This document shows, one piece after another, positions 1 through 14,400 of a stretch of 64,000 nt of DNA. The translations under genes and the position numbers were made by a program. Each line of letters opens with the position of its first letter. Within the stretch, counting starts at the first letter, position 1. This DNA is from Setoptus koraiensis (Eukaryota; Animalia; Arthropoda): positions 15,810,001 through 15,874,000 of the forward strand of contig CM106586.1 in assembly GCA_048013815.1 (NCBI GenBank). The letters are read 5' to 3'. A model generated the notes under the pieces. That model made no database searches and was not told where the DNA came from. It saw only the letters and a program-made list of their open reading frames with translations.

Positions 1-3000
1 AATGGTTTTAATTGATTTACTCTACTGCCCATACAAAACGATTTCATTCTATTCAACACATGGGAGGTATTTCGAGATAGCTATGTATGAAAACAAGCGT
101 TATGCACAAGATGAAAGATCCATTTTCACTCTAATTTTCTGGTCAATCAACCACCAACCAACTAGATCATAACGGAATACATATCACCAATGAGATGGGG
201 TCACATAGCGGTCTGGTTGTTTCAGACAGTGGGTTTTTCTAGTCCGTCACAATCATGTGAGGTTCGTTAGAGAAATTGAAAATATCGCCTCTTGGAATGC
301 CTTCAATTGATTGCACCATAAAATCATTAGCTGATTCTGGGAAACAGTATAAGATTTCTGTCCAGGGTCAGGTAGAGTATATCGGCAGATGATCGCCACA
401 GCTTGCGAATATTTTCACCATCTACAAGCTACTGTTAGTGCGCAACAATAGTACAATTGATGGTCGAAGGTGTCTCTTTTTTCGCTAGCAACATGCCAGA
501 TATCGACCTTGATATATTGATTTATGTCAGGCCTTGAACTGACACTTTTGCTTGCACAGCTGAACTCTCTTAATGGCTATCATCATAGTATGTACTTTAC
601 GTCATCCTTTATTGCCATACGTAAATGCGAGGCAGGAGACACACAAGTTAGTCTATGATACAAGAGTAATGCAATTACCTGTGTTGTACATTTGTATTTT
701 TAAATAGATTGTTTTGTTATTCAGTTGTTATATTTATATGTCACATAGCATGACATTGAATTTCCCATCTAAAGTTACAATACTACTCACTTGTCAGAGA
801 TACAAGTTTCACCTGCTTGGCGACTGCTTCAGCAAAAGCAACAATAAAAAGTGTAATATATATATATATATAGCAACGTGTTCGAACCATTACTATCTGA
901 AAATCCCATTGCATGCAACAAAAACTAAAGAAACCAATTCAAGCTTGCAAAAAAAAAAAATGCGACCACATGTACATTCGATGAATAGCTCGAATAGGAA
1001 TTGTGCGAGTTCACTGTCGAACGGCCCCTGAACATTGACGTTAGGATACGATCGCAACTATTGCGTCTATTTCCTCCTCTAAATACCTCGTGCGTTACAT
1101 GATGTTTTAGTGTTTCATGTTGTGCCTCAATTACTGGTTACGTAACCTTTGTACCAATGTCAACACTAGAGGGCGATACTGGCGGTGACTGTCCCTCTAG
1201 AAACATATATAGAGTGACACTATATATATCCGTTTGTCATGATAGTGTGTCAGTTGGCGGTGAACTTGAGCCTGGCTCATTATAGACCGTTATGGTTACA
1301 TAATTGCATTATTTTATCACGTACATCGGCCAACCAACTCCTAAATAATGTATGGCGGTTGTCTAGCTCGCTTTCATGCAACAATGTTTCAATAAACAAG
1401 AATGATCAAAGAAAAAGATCAGCCGCCAGTAATAATTTATGATGGGCACCTGCTTATCTACATTCGAAGGTTTTAAAATGTACGACCATACCATACCTGT
1501 CATGTTTTAAGTTAATAAGATCTCTAGTGTCACATCTTTGTCATAATCTTGCCAAGTCTGTGCTACCTGTGCTTAGCTGATCACATGAATCGAAGCGTGA
1601 AGTGTTCTTATTTGCACAAAATCTGTCTTGTGCGATCTCTCGAACAAATTCTCTACGCCTTTCATTTTTTTTTTTTGCATTCAGAACTCATTGAGGGAAG
1701 GAACATTTGCGCTCTGTTTGGTCGATGGGAAGCCGCGTTTCCAATTCAGTTGTTATTCGTCACACATCCGGCAATATCTAGCACCCTAATGAAAATCACC
1801 ATTTTGTCACCTCATATGTGTATTGTTTATTTAGCCAGGTATACACTGAATTGGAGACTATCATATCTCTATTCGTAGCTTCGGGCGATTGAATACAACG
1901 CTACTAGCAATGTTCATGTTGTTGCCAGCTGAAAATTGAGTAGCTCTCAAATCGACGACTCATCAATAATAAGCGCTGGTTGCGCGAATGATATACCCCG
2001 TTCGAGTAATGCAAGAAAAAAATTGATGAGATCGTGGTGGCAAACAAATGTATTCGATGCAAAGGATCGCATCCAGACAAAAATATTTGTCAATACATTT
2101 GGGAAAGAGGATAAGCTCGCATAACAGGTGCCCCAATCTCAATAATATGTGCAAATGGGTCGTTGTTGTTGTTGTGCAATGATTGCGTTTCTGTGTTGGC
2201 TGCATGTGAAAATGCTAAATCAAATCAAAGCACCAGCAACGACAATGCCAACAGCAACCAATATATGCAAACAAATGAATCTTCCTCTCTAACGAAAAGA
2301 GTTGCTCAATAGATTCAATTTGGGTGCTTATCAGCATGGCGATTTGCGAATGTCTAACAAGGTATATTGACAACTACTGCTCGAAACGACCATCTCCTGA
2401 TAAGCATAAAAAGAACACTCACAAGACATTTGTGTACTGCTAGAACATGGTTTCTCCTTGAGGGACTCGCTTCACCACGTTACAGTGGTGCGAAAGGGGG
2501 CCCCTGAAATGGCATCATTTATCATTGCTGATATCCTATCACTAATATCAGCGGGGCACCATAGTAAATAGTTGTGATAGTGTGGTACAAGGAAATAGGG
2601 CCGCTGGCTAGCATTTATATGCGCTTATTGATTTCCCCCGATCGAACGATTATTATCGAGAGCCTATCAGTATCGCCCTATAATCTCCCAATCAGAATGT
2701 AATTTGGTCTATCCGCCCACGACCCGCCCCCACCCCAAACACAGACAGACAGGCAGACAGACGTGCACTGGCAATTTTAAACTTGCTGTCTGAAACTCAA
2801 ACATACCACCCACATTCGCGCAATTGATAATCGTCTCTCGAGAGAGAACCTGAAAAACCTTCGTCATGATTTAATTTCTACTTAAATTTTCATCGCCTGC
2901 GATTGTGAGAGAATTTCGTTGAGCTTTTGAAGCACTCATACATAATTTAGTGCCTTTTTTTCAGCTACTGATCAAATGTAAAAAAAATTGGTGAACAGAT

Positions 3001-6000
3001 TAAATTGCCTAATGAATCGTCCGCGTGTGGCGTTGCAATTCAAGCTATCCTAACAATTCGTGCCTGATTCAATTATGCTCCGAGAAGATTTTCTTCTACA
3101 CGGATCAAATCACTGCCCGGGTATGGGCAGCGGGTAAATGCCGCCAGCAAACACCTACGGAGAGCGTCTTTCTAACTGGTTTGATAATTAAAATACAGCC
3201 TTAACCCGTTGGTGTGTTTCCACTCCATTTGCCTGCCAACTAATGGGGGCTAATAATTTATAAATTGTGTGTGATCAACTAAAGCCCGATGTATTCCGTA
3301 TAACGTGCAAACACGCACATATATTTGGATTGCATGCATATAGACCCTATGTACTCTGGGTTGGCGCATTTCCGGACGCACTGTGGCGCTTCCTCGAGTG
3401 CTCTTGAAAAGTAACATTAGTTGCAACACTCCGGCCGACATGTCTCGTCTTTTGCCATTGCCAAGGACAAGAGGAATTGAGAGTGGAAGGCAGAGAGAGA
3501 GAGAGATCATTGAATATTAATCTATAGTGCCTATTATCGGGCTGACGTTCGGCCATTTGATATATGCGTATATAGGATTTGCAAGTGCAAGCGTGGGGCA
3601 CACAACGCGACGACGAGACAAGAATACTATCTAGACTACTGGCCCCTCGCTCGCCAATCTATTATTGTGGCATTATGCAAACGATGCTACATTATGCGCT
3701 GCATTATGTGGGCCAAGCGCGGCGTAAACAACGTCAGTTCAGGTGAGTGCGGTGCATATGCTCACAAGCCGACGTTATCATGATGGGCGCAGCTACAATT
3801 TATCGAAAGCAGCAATTTCTCATTGAATTCATTCGTCATTATAAACACACAAAATTGATATTCAATACTTTTGGCCGGCACGGCGAACGGGCAAGCCGAC
3901 TTGGGCGACTTGGCCAAAAGTATTCAATAATACAGGCACGAATGGCGCTTTTGTGCAAGGCGGCCCCCTGGTTATCTTAATCTATCTATAGCTCGTGCTG
4001 GCCGAAGCTTGCCGTGATGATGCAAGTGCACTTTGGCGCTGCCGGCGACACCGATAAGTGTCATCTGTCGTTCAACTGAGTGTGTGTGTGTGTGTTCTTC
4101 GGTAAACACCCATCAAGATAATAATCCGTTTATGGCACTTATTCTTACTTTCTGTAGCACTGTCGTTAGTTGCCGGTCGTATCAGCAGCGTTGTGCGTTT
4201 CGCCAGTCGCGCTTGTTTCCATCCAATAAATTCATCTGACAGCACGGACAACTGGACAAGCCTGGTTCCCACCCTCTCACTGTGCACTATAGATAGATTG
4301 CCATACCTGTACATGCGTGTGATATTTACCATTCGAGAAGCCTTCGGGTCCGTTTGCTGCCAATTGCAACGCAACGCCGGCAGTGCGAAGGTTTCATTTT
4401 GCCGCTCATGGCGCTATGTGTGTTCGCGAATCGCCACCACCAACCAACAAAAACTCTATTTCCATATTTCCATATTTTCATGGGTGCCCCCATGAGCCCC
4501 ATCATACAGCCACACCAGTGTACAGGTACAACAGCGTACATATCCATTTTGTTCGCCTGCAAGCGTGTCGTTTCCATTGTCGAATTATCAATTCAGCCGA
4601 GCCTGTCCCCCGTGAGCTTATCGCGCCTACTTAAAACGAGCATAATTCGCGCACCTGTACCAGGTTAACGAATCCCGTCTTAGGGCAGATAGAGTTTACG
4701 ACTGGTCGACCCATCCTTTATTGCTAGCCGCAAAATATCGATGACCAGCTTCAAAAGCTTGACAAAATAGCCACTCACCTGGCGCCAAGCGCACCGTTAG
4801 CCAGGTATTTTATTTCAAAACGCATAATATTCGATAAGCAGCTTGTTTCAACAGCCAGTGTTGTCAAATAGTGTGTTGTTGTTGTTATTGTTGTTGTTGT
4901 TGTTGTTGTTATTGTAACACAATAACACCATTGCAAGTGAGAGTATGCCCGTATGACGTCATTACATCAGACTCCAATTAGTGGCTGCAGTTTGGCTCTG
5001 GTGGCGAACGCAATGCCAACGATCGTGCCAGGCAATACATTGCGTAGGCTGCTCAATTCAGACAGGTTCAACTCGGGCAGCAACGACACGAATGTCAAAG
5101 TTGGTCTCGTGTAACCAGCACCGGGTTATCGGGCACTAGCGAGCAACATGAAGAGGTCAAAATAAATAATTGAACTATTTGCCGGCTCGAGGCGAACCGG
5201 AACAACAGACGCTCGAAACTGTTGTTATTAGTTATGCAAAACTGCGCACTTGTTTACTCATGCCGAAAATCAGAGCCCATATCGTTAATAGGGGCCCAAA
5301 TTAAACGCTGCTGCTGCCATCGCTGTCACACTGTTACATATTGCTATATTTTGTACACAGCTTGCGCACATTATTATGTATTATGCAATTATGTCGCATC
5401 ACATTGCAAAACAATGCATGCACCAAACAGCTCCAGTCATATATTATACCTTTTGTAACAGACAAATTGTTGACTTTTAGCGCTCGCTCTAGCTAGGCAG
5501 ACATGTAATTACTTGTTGTTATTAAGCGCTGTTGTTGATTAACATACCGGCGCTACTGCAAACGAGCGGGTCTGGTTATAATTTTAATCTAAAATGTAAA
5601 CAAACACTTGGCTCTGTTTGAGTGTCGTGTCCCCATTCGGGCTGCTCGCTTCACCAGCTCTAGCTTCGTCCAGAATACAATTAGACATTATGATGTCGGC
5701 TGATTCGTTCATTCGGCACCGTATCCGGCAGCAACACAGCAACCGGCTGATAATAAGTTAATATTATGGGTTCAATATGTACATGTTTAAGTGGCGACAA
5801 ATTAAGACGCAAAGGCAATTGGGTGCACCGCATGCGATAAATTGCACGCAAGCATGCAAACATATTGATGACGGGTTATTTATGGCACTAACACAATAAC
5901 GACGAGTGAAAGCTTTTCACATCGTGTCCTGCCCATGAAACACTTGCCACGAAACACACACACACACAATGGCCCCAGCCGAACAATAGAATTGTCGGCC

Positions 6001-9000
6001 GGGATTGGCAAGCCAGCCCCAGCCCGCCAATTTGGGGCGCCCTAACGATAATAGCACAGCAGCGGGATGTAGCGGCGGGACGAGCGACCTTTGTATTTTG
6101 TTTGACGAATGTCGTTCGCTCAATCGACCCGATGCGCCCCTCTAATGACATCCGATCGTCCGTTTGGGCTTCCAACTCTGACGTGAACTGGACCAAACAT
6201 AGATAAAAAACATACAATGATTATGTTACAACTGTCAGCGGGCGATGGTCAAGTTATTTTGTTGTCCGCCCGGGCTACCAGTTGGGAGCGACGCATACAT
6301 GTGCAATAACTTGACAACACATGTGGCATATGTTTTATTGAGCAATTTACAAGATTGTCGAGGAGACTTTGAGCCTAGTGGGGCCCATCACGCAGTGCAC
6401 CGGTGGCCATCCGCTTTGGCCGAGTTTGGCGAGATCTTGATGATGCCCACTGGGCCGGGCCCCTGTTTTGCCTGTCACATATTTATAGAATAAGACTACT
6501 GCCGGCCGGAGCCGCTATTGTTATTGTCCGGTGGAGCCTTTGGTGGAGGCATCGGCGGTGGTCGGGCTGGCTAGCGGCGAGCCGGAGTGCAGATCGTGAC
6601 CCAAATTATTTTCAATTCCGAGGTGGTAACGATTGTGATAACAGTTGTCGTCGTTGCTGCGCTGGTGTCGCTAGCGACAACAACTGGGCATCGTGGAGGC
6701 AGCAGTGTTGATGATCGTGATGATAGTCGGCGAGGACTACTTTAATCTTGTAACTGGCCGCCGTCGGGGCCGCTCATCGCTCAAAGTCAACAAATAACAA
6801 CATATGTAGGTCAGTCGCTTGCACACATCCAGACAGCTGCTCTCTTATTTTTTCTATATCCAACCACGTTGGCTGGATATAGAAATTGTTACCACTGCAT
6901 TGTGGGGCCCACCAGCAATTTGATGGGTCCGCAGGGGCGGCCGGCTCGCAACTGGATGCAACGTTAATGGGACTCAGTTCATATTTTTCCCGGTCGCTGT
7001 CAGGGTTGTTGTTGTTGTTGTTGTTGTTGTTGTCGTTCCCACTGAGCTCAAATATCTGCCACCGTAATCCGTTCAATTTTTTCACTTTCAACGCTAACAT
7101 GAGAAGACAATTGCGCCCCCCGCTCACATTATCTGTCTGTTGGCTGACCAAAGCCATTTGTAGCAGTCTGGCTAAGACGCTGTTTTTGTTGCTGATAACT
7201 AGTCGCACACACAATATAAACAAAGATGTCATCTTATTAGCTGGGCCACTTTTGAGACGGCGCCGTGAGCGTTATTTGTTGGAGGGTTTCAAGGTGACCA
7301 ACGAGCGCGCACAATGAGGACCCGACTTGAGCTCAGCACTCGGTTGTTTGCAAGCCAACGTGCTGCAAGCAGCGCGACAACTATTTGCCATTATGCGACA
7401 AGAGAACAACAGCGACAGCTTCGGATAAAAAGGGCTCGCTGGTTTCGTATGGAAATACAAGAACAATCGGGGCGCCTGCGAACTCGAAACTGCTCAAGAA
7501 ACAAAGGGCCGGCTAACAGGCGGCCATGGTGTACGTGAGCGCGATACGCGTTTACCCGATTCAGGGTGTGATTCGGGGTTGATCTGATTTGATGGAAACT
7601 ACCAGCGCCGGCCGCCAATACTGTCTGACAGATTGTTGTGTGTGAGTAGCTTGGTGGGCCATCCATTATAAATCACTGCGGTGTTTTCAGCACCAGCACC
7701 ACCACATACAACACAATCAGTTGTGTGCCAGGCACGCATGTTGTGTCAGCTCATCATGGCCGGGCGCCAGTTATGATATTAGCAAGCCAGTTCATGATAC
7801 TGGCGCCTTGGCGCAATAATGACAGCGCCAATTGATGTGTGTGTGTGTGTGTGCTGGTTTTCGCTGAGGCTGGGCCTCGACAGACCGAGCGAGGTTCAGC
7901 GGATTCGGCGGATTGAGGGCCCCAGTGTTTGGTCCGTTACATGCATTTGCGTGCCCACTTGAACTGTGCGCTGTGTGAGTGCCCAGATTGTATTATCGCC
8001 GCTGTCGGTAACAAGAGGTCTTGCCAACATTTGTGAGTGTGTGTGTGTGTGTGTGCTGGCGCTGCGCTACGTAATGCTGCACTACATAATGCTGCTGCAC
8101 TATTACATAATGTGTGCGTATATGAGCTGGTTGCGTGATATATTGTCGCGTTGGCGCGCTCTAGTTGGCAAGACTGCGCTTCTGTCGCTGTGTGCGATAC
8201 AACTTGTCTGGGCATGACTCGTCTGCTGGATATAACTTATTAGAATGGGGGGCCTATGCATCAGCGGCGGCAGCAGACCGTATGCAGAAGTGGTTGCGCG
8301 CTCGTTATCATTATACATGAGGTGCCACGTATCCTCATGTATAATGGTGGCCGCCGGTTATATCATGGCCAGATCAGTGAATAGCAGTTAATGTTGGCGG
8401 CCAGGCAAAATTGATTTATTCTTTGATTATCGCGCTGCCACTGGCAGTCGGTCAGCCGAGCGCTGTGAGAGCGCCCCAAAATGGCCGGATCGAGGTAGCT
8501 GCGCTCTTTTTTACCGATGACACACTGGCGCAACGCTGATATCGCGCACACTTGTTAGTTAGGCACGCTCTCACGGGCTGCGCAAAACACAGCAGATCTG
8601 TGCGGACAATGGGCTCAAACTTTGGGCCCCGAAGTCCAATGAACGGCTCGCGCAGCGCCATTATCGGTGCCGAGCCGCGACGCAACTTGCGCCAGCCAGG
8701 CTGCTGCTGGTGTCTCGGGTGCCCGCGGTGGTCGGCCGTGGCGCGCGCACCGCTAGAGCGGCTCCAGAGAGTCTCGGGCCGAGATGTGCTCGCAAAATTC
8801 TTGTTAGCGTCCCTCGTTCGCCCCGTCCGCACCGTCGCCCCGTTTGCCCCGCGTCGCCCCATCGCCCGCCGTTCGCCCAGCACCCGGGCCAGAAGACAGC
8901 GGTACATTTTGCGTCCATTTTTCGCATTTCAGTGTCGAGAAAGTGTGTGCGTGCGTGTGTGCCTTGGCCCAGCGAGCGCCGAGTGTGCGTTTACAGCTGT

Positions 9001-9399
9001 AAACTGTAAGCTGGCAAATAAACGAACGGCGCTCGCGTTTTGTCTCGCTAGCTGTGTTTGTGTCAGAGTGGCTGGCACATTTTGTTCCATATGCGCGCGC
9101 ACGTCGCTATCCTCTAGAAATAGTTTTATTCGATTCGGTCGGTAACAGTTCGATCCTTTGTGTGCTGAGCTTGTTCAGGGGCAATGGCGAGAGAGGGGGG
9201 GGGGCGAACGGGGCAAAAGGGAAACGGGGGAGCGCACACACGCAACTGTATGCTATAGTGGAGCACTGATGGTGTAATACTGTTTTGGATAAGTGTGCGC
9301 TGCTGCAGTCGGTGGTTGTAAACTGTGGTGCGCTAGCAGTGGTGTGCGTGTATGTGTGTTCTATGCGTTCCCCTACTCCAAACTCTGGAGTCTAGAGCG

Positions 9400-10864
9400 C
9401 TCGCCGTCACCAACACACACGCACAGTGCATTCGCTGCTGCGAAATAGAACTAAAATCAAGCTCTTAGCTGCTCGAGCGAACTGAAAGTAAACGTGAAGC
9501 CAGTGTCAGAGAGCAGCAGCGCACAATAAGCGCATACTATTATTATTATTATTATTGTTATACCCACATCAATTGTAAATATACATACACACACACACAC
9601 ATACAGACGGCGAGATAGAAAAGCTGCGGCGACGAGCGAGCGCAGCAAAGAGGTAAAGAGCAGTGGCGAATCACCACCAGTGTCAAACAAACATCCCCGT
9701 ATAACTATATATATTCGCATACATATAGTTATATATATATATAAATATATATTTTATACCACCACAACTATAGCAATGCACATAAAATCAATATATCAAT
9801 CTAGTTTCGGCGAACCACGCACACTCATCGAACTGTTCGCATCGAACGAATTATACCAATCAGCAACAACATTCACAACGACACAATAGAACTATAGACA
9901 ATTGTGCGCTCGGCTCGCAACTCGGAAACGAACGCGAATAACATTATAAACGGCGCACGTTGATTAGAGCTAGCAATGCAAATGCTGCTGTTAGCGAACA
10001 ACACGTAACCTTAGTTAATACATTCCATACATTTGCATCGCCGATGAGTCACCCCAAACCACGGACCCCACATAGCGGATATTTATTTTGGCAATATTAT
10101 TTTTCAACGCAACACTCACACACTCGATTATCCAGCAGATTATCCAGCCGATTATCATCATTATTATCCAATAGTTGGTCTGGCCCGGCTTGGTCAAGCA
10201 ACCTCTAGTCAAGTAGCCTTAAAGTTGAGCTAGTGATCGCCACAGGGTCACGTTTCACATCTTTTTTTATTATACCATCACTCGCATTGTCAAGTGGACA
10301 CTCACACACGTAATTTAGTATTATTCGCATATAATTTATTTGATAATAATAATTTTTGTTACACTAATCGAAAAACAGCATCTATGCATACACACACAAA
10401 TACACGCGATGGATATTGAGCGATCGCGAATCAAATCCAAAGTAAAAAAGTAAAAACACACAAATAATTCTAATGCTAATGTATGCAATACCAATGCATC
10501 AGTCTTTCACGTTTCTACATCATCATCATCATCATCATCGACATCAGCATCATCATCATCATCATCATAAATCACCATACACCTACATAGCTCGCGATTA
10601 GCCAAATTATTTTGTTCTTTAGCACTCCATTGTAATTGGTGACACTGAGCGCGACACACTGTTATCCTTTGCATTGTTGCTATTAATTGTTGCTGCAACA
10701 CATACCATGTTCGTCACATAAAAATATCATCAACAATAATGATATTAATCAACTACAGAAAATAACAAAAAGATAGAGAACACAACAAAAAACAAGAGCC
10801 ATCTAAATTGAAACACTTGAAACACAACACTAAATTAGCAGCTATAAGCTTACATTCTGTACAG
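9400..10864 (+). other. Probable non-coding 5' exon/leader of MADD
   Basis: Strong donor CAG|GTAAGT at 10864/10865 upstream of the MADD ATG. The sequence is CA/CAT-rich and low-complexity and follows a GC-rich promoter-like stretch (8.3-9.4 kb). The TSS and the downstream acceptor are not determined. Confidence 0.4.
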
Positions 10865-11465
10865 GTAAGTCCATTTGTTATATCTGCTAGTTACGTTATT
10901 ATTGCTGCAGCAACAAAGCTCAATAATACAAAATTAGTCATATAATCCCAATAATAGTAATGGCTCCACTCGTAACCAGCCTCTTATGCACACCATGCAA
11001 CTCCATTATTCTTATACTTCAATATTCGATTTCGTACATTTCTATAAATATTAAACACGTATGCATAAAATCAACGATCTAATAGTAATAATAACAACAA
11101 CAATAACGTAATAACTAAGCTTCATTCCTGACAAAACTATTTTTAGTAGATAGTTGGAGACAACTAGTTGTTATGAATAATGGAGTAGGAAGAGTAACAG
11201 CCAACAAAAAAAAGAAACAGAACAAGACGAAAAACAAAAAGTAGCATCCATAACCATTATACTTTTATAACCATTGACAATGTTATTGCTCGTCATCACT
11301 TATGATAGTAATTGAATAGTAGCCCGACACTAGACTGCGAAGAACACTTTTAGTGTCGATAGTGCGCCTAAATTCAAGTTCAAACGACTAACATCTATTT
11401 ATAATCAACATCATTCATCTCTGAGGCCCTGGCGGTGGCACATACTCTGCCACCAGCGCCACACA

Positions 11466-14400
11466 ATGTCGGACGCTGTGAAGAAATATTTTTGTCCACG
11501 TCTTTTGGATTATGTGATACTTGTTGGGCCAAGACCATGCACAAGGAGTGGTAATCTATCACCACATTTGGGTAACAACAGTAGAGTGCCCCATCTCCTT
11601 AGAAGGTACCCACCTCAAGATCATTCAGATTTTGCCCTGCCGCCCGATGTAGTTATATTCTGTCAACCGGAAGGATGTGATCGCATTAATTCAACGCTAG
11701 GAGCTTACAATAATCCATCGCAAACCACCAACTCGTTTGTGTTTCTTCTAACCGAAAAAGATACCAGTCGAGTTAGGTATGGAGTATGCCTCAATTTTTA
11801 TCGACCACTACAGGCAAGCCCCGAGGCGGACACTCATGATATCAACAATAATGATCTAGGGAGCAATTACGAGCAGCCATTGAGGAAATCGCAACAGCAA
11901 ATACAGCAAGAAGTCTGGGATAGTGAGTTGCAGAGTAAATTAGCAAAGCAGCCAACTGAAAACGTGAAAGATGAACAAAAGCAAACATCGACTGATGACA
12001 CTTTAGCTAAAAATCAAGATAATGATAGTGGTGTTCGTTTGACATTGGGCTTCGATAGTGACAGTGATCGTGCGACGATTGGCTCTCTTGGCCAGTTGCA
12101 GGACAAAGATAAACACTATCCAGAAGAATATTATGGATCTTCATCGCTAGAACAACCGAATCCATCCAAAGATACATTCATATCAACCCATAGACACGAC
12201 AAGCAAAAGAGACACCAGACGGCTCACAAAAGTGGTTGTCCAGCTTCTCGACCCAATGGAAAGTCGAAAACCATCATGTATGCACTCAATTCCATCTGTA
12301 TTATTAGTCATCATCCTTTTTTCTCCACTTTCAGAGAATGCTTATTTATTCTTAAGAAATTTATTCAAGTTTGCGACGAAAGAAACATGAATACCTCAGA
12401 CAGTTCTAGAAGCAATAAACAAACGTCTTGCATTTGTAGATCTTCACGATCGAAAGGTCACATGTCAAGAAATTCGTCCTTAGTTCATCAACCGAACCAT
12501 CATCAAACAACTGGAAATATTCACGTGCCAAATTGCATCTATCGCAATCCAGTTTGGAATTTGTTAACTATGCCAAATCTTGACGGTGACGCCATGCTCG
12601 ACACTGCTTTGTGCGATGTCAGAGAAATTGATGCTTGGATTTTACGTCTCCTCAGTGTCCCTGTACCAATACCACAAAAAACAAAAATTGAAGTAAGTGT
12701 TTCTTTCGATTTAGCTCATTCTAAAATATTTACAATATTAGGCGGTATATATTAACGAATACTAACGAATATGATAAACATTATGAAACTCCAGGTTGAA
12801 GTATTTGATGCCGCCTTGCGACCACCATTAACGTTTGCGTTGCCGGATCATACACGTTTTTCATTGATTGATTTTCCACTGCACTTGCCACTTGAACTTC
12901 TCGGGGTAGATACGTGTCTTCAGGTGTTGACATGTATACTTCTGGAACACAAAGTTGCCCTTCAGTCAAAAGACTACAATGCTCTCTCCATGAGTGTTAT
13001 GGCTTTTGTTACAATGATATATCCTTTGGAATATATGTTTCCTGTGATACCTCTACTGCCATCTTGTATGAGCTCAGCAGAACAAGTAAGTAGAATTACA
13101 TTCATTTCGTTCAAACAAATACCAAAAATATCTAATTGATTTGAACTAACAATTTGAATATTTCTTTCCTATGGCTCATTTATATTCAGTTATTACTTGC
13201 CCCTACGCCATTCATTATCGGATTCCCATCCAGTTTTTTTAAATTCAAATCAGCCTTCAAATTGCCCGATGATGTATGGTTAGTTGACTTGGATTCCAAT
13301 AAAGTGAAGCAACCTAAAAATGCGGAGGAGTTGCCACCACTTCCGGAATATGAAGGAAATATACTTGTTCAGAATCTACAAAAAATTCTCCATTCTATGG
13401 CAGGGCTTGATCAAACGAAACAATCCTCTGCGATATATGCACCCTCAAGCAATCCAAACACTAGCACAACTCTGGATCTACACTCACACCATGTTCCAAC
13501 CCCAACTTTTCGATCATCACTGAATACCCCGATAGCCAATTCTGTACCTGCATCACCATCTAGGGGGAAGCGTCCTTCATTAACATCTCCTGGCCAGTTG
13601 ATGCATTTTGCAGCAAGTCGTCTGGGAGGCATATCAAACAGTTCCGACAGTGGCACACTTAGAGAGTCTCGCAATTCTATAGTCTCAGCTGCACCTGCAT
13701 TCGATCCCTCTTTGTTTGTTGGTACAGATTTAGACGCAGCAGATGTAGCTACACGTATCGCAATGGTTAGATTTTTCAATTCTCCCAGCGTTTTGGCTAA
13801 TTTCAGCGAGCACACTAGAACCATAAGGCTATACCCCCGTCCAGTGGTATCGTTCCAAAAGAGCTCCTTCATTCAATCTCGAATCAAGCCATCTCCTTTT
13901 TTAATGAGACTAGTTGAAACCCAAGCCGTAGAATACATGGCTGAATGGGCCTTATGTCCAGACAATGTCACTTTTTTGCGCATCCAAACTGGTGTATTTG
14001 ATCCGGCTATTGTGGGTGACAAACCGAAATGGTACGGGCATCAATTGGAGCCTCTAAGGTACAGAATATGGGAGACAGATAAAAAAAGCTATTACGACGA
14101 GGTCGCCCAGTTGATTAACGATGCTGGTAATACCAGTGGTCGAGCGACTACAACAAGTAGATTCAACGATTTTTTCGATGACGAACAAATTGATTGTCCG
14201 GGTGATGGTGAAGCCCTCGATGAACTAATATTAGACGCAAATAATAATACTATCATTGATAATCACAGTCAGATTGAAGATGAAGATAGTTTAAGCGACA
14301 ACTCAAGTGCATCAGACGACAACTTAGAATCGAGATGGCCCAATCTTGGAACGGATGAGACTAGATGTTGTATGTCTGTTGCTTCAAGGAAGTCCTCGGT

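Noticed and set aside
1138-1202. GGTTACGTAACC palindrome and CTAGAGGG..CCCTCTAG inverted repeat as a Helitron/MITE end
   Set aside because: The arms are only 8 bp, with no second copy or target-site evidence in the window.
714-9269. Short ORFs in the left flank
   Set aside because: No conserved motif or consistent splice chain was found; many derive from microsatellites.
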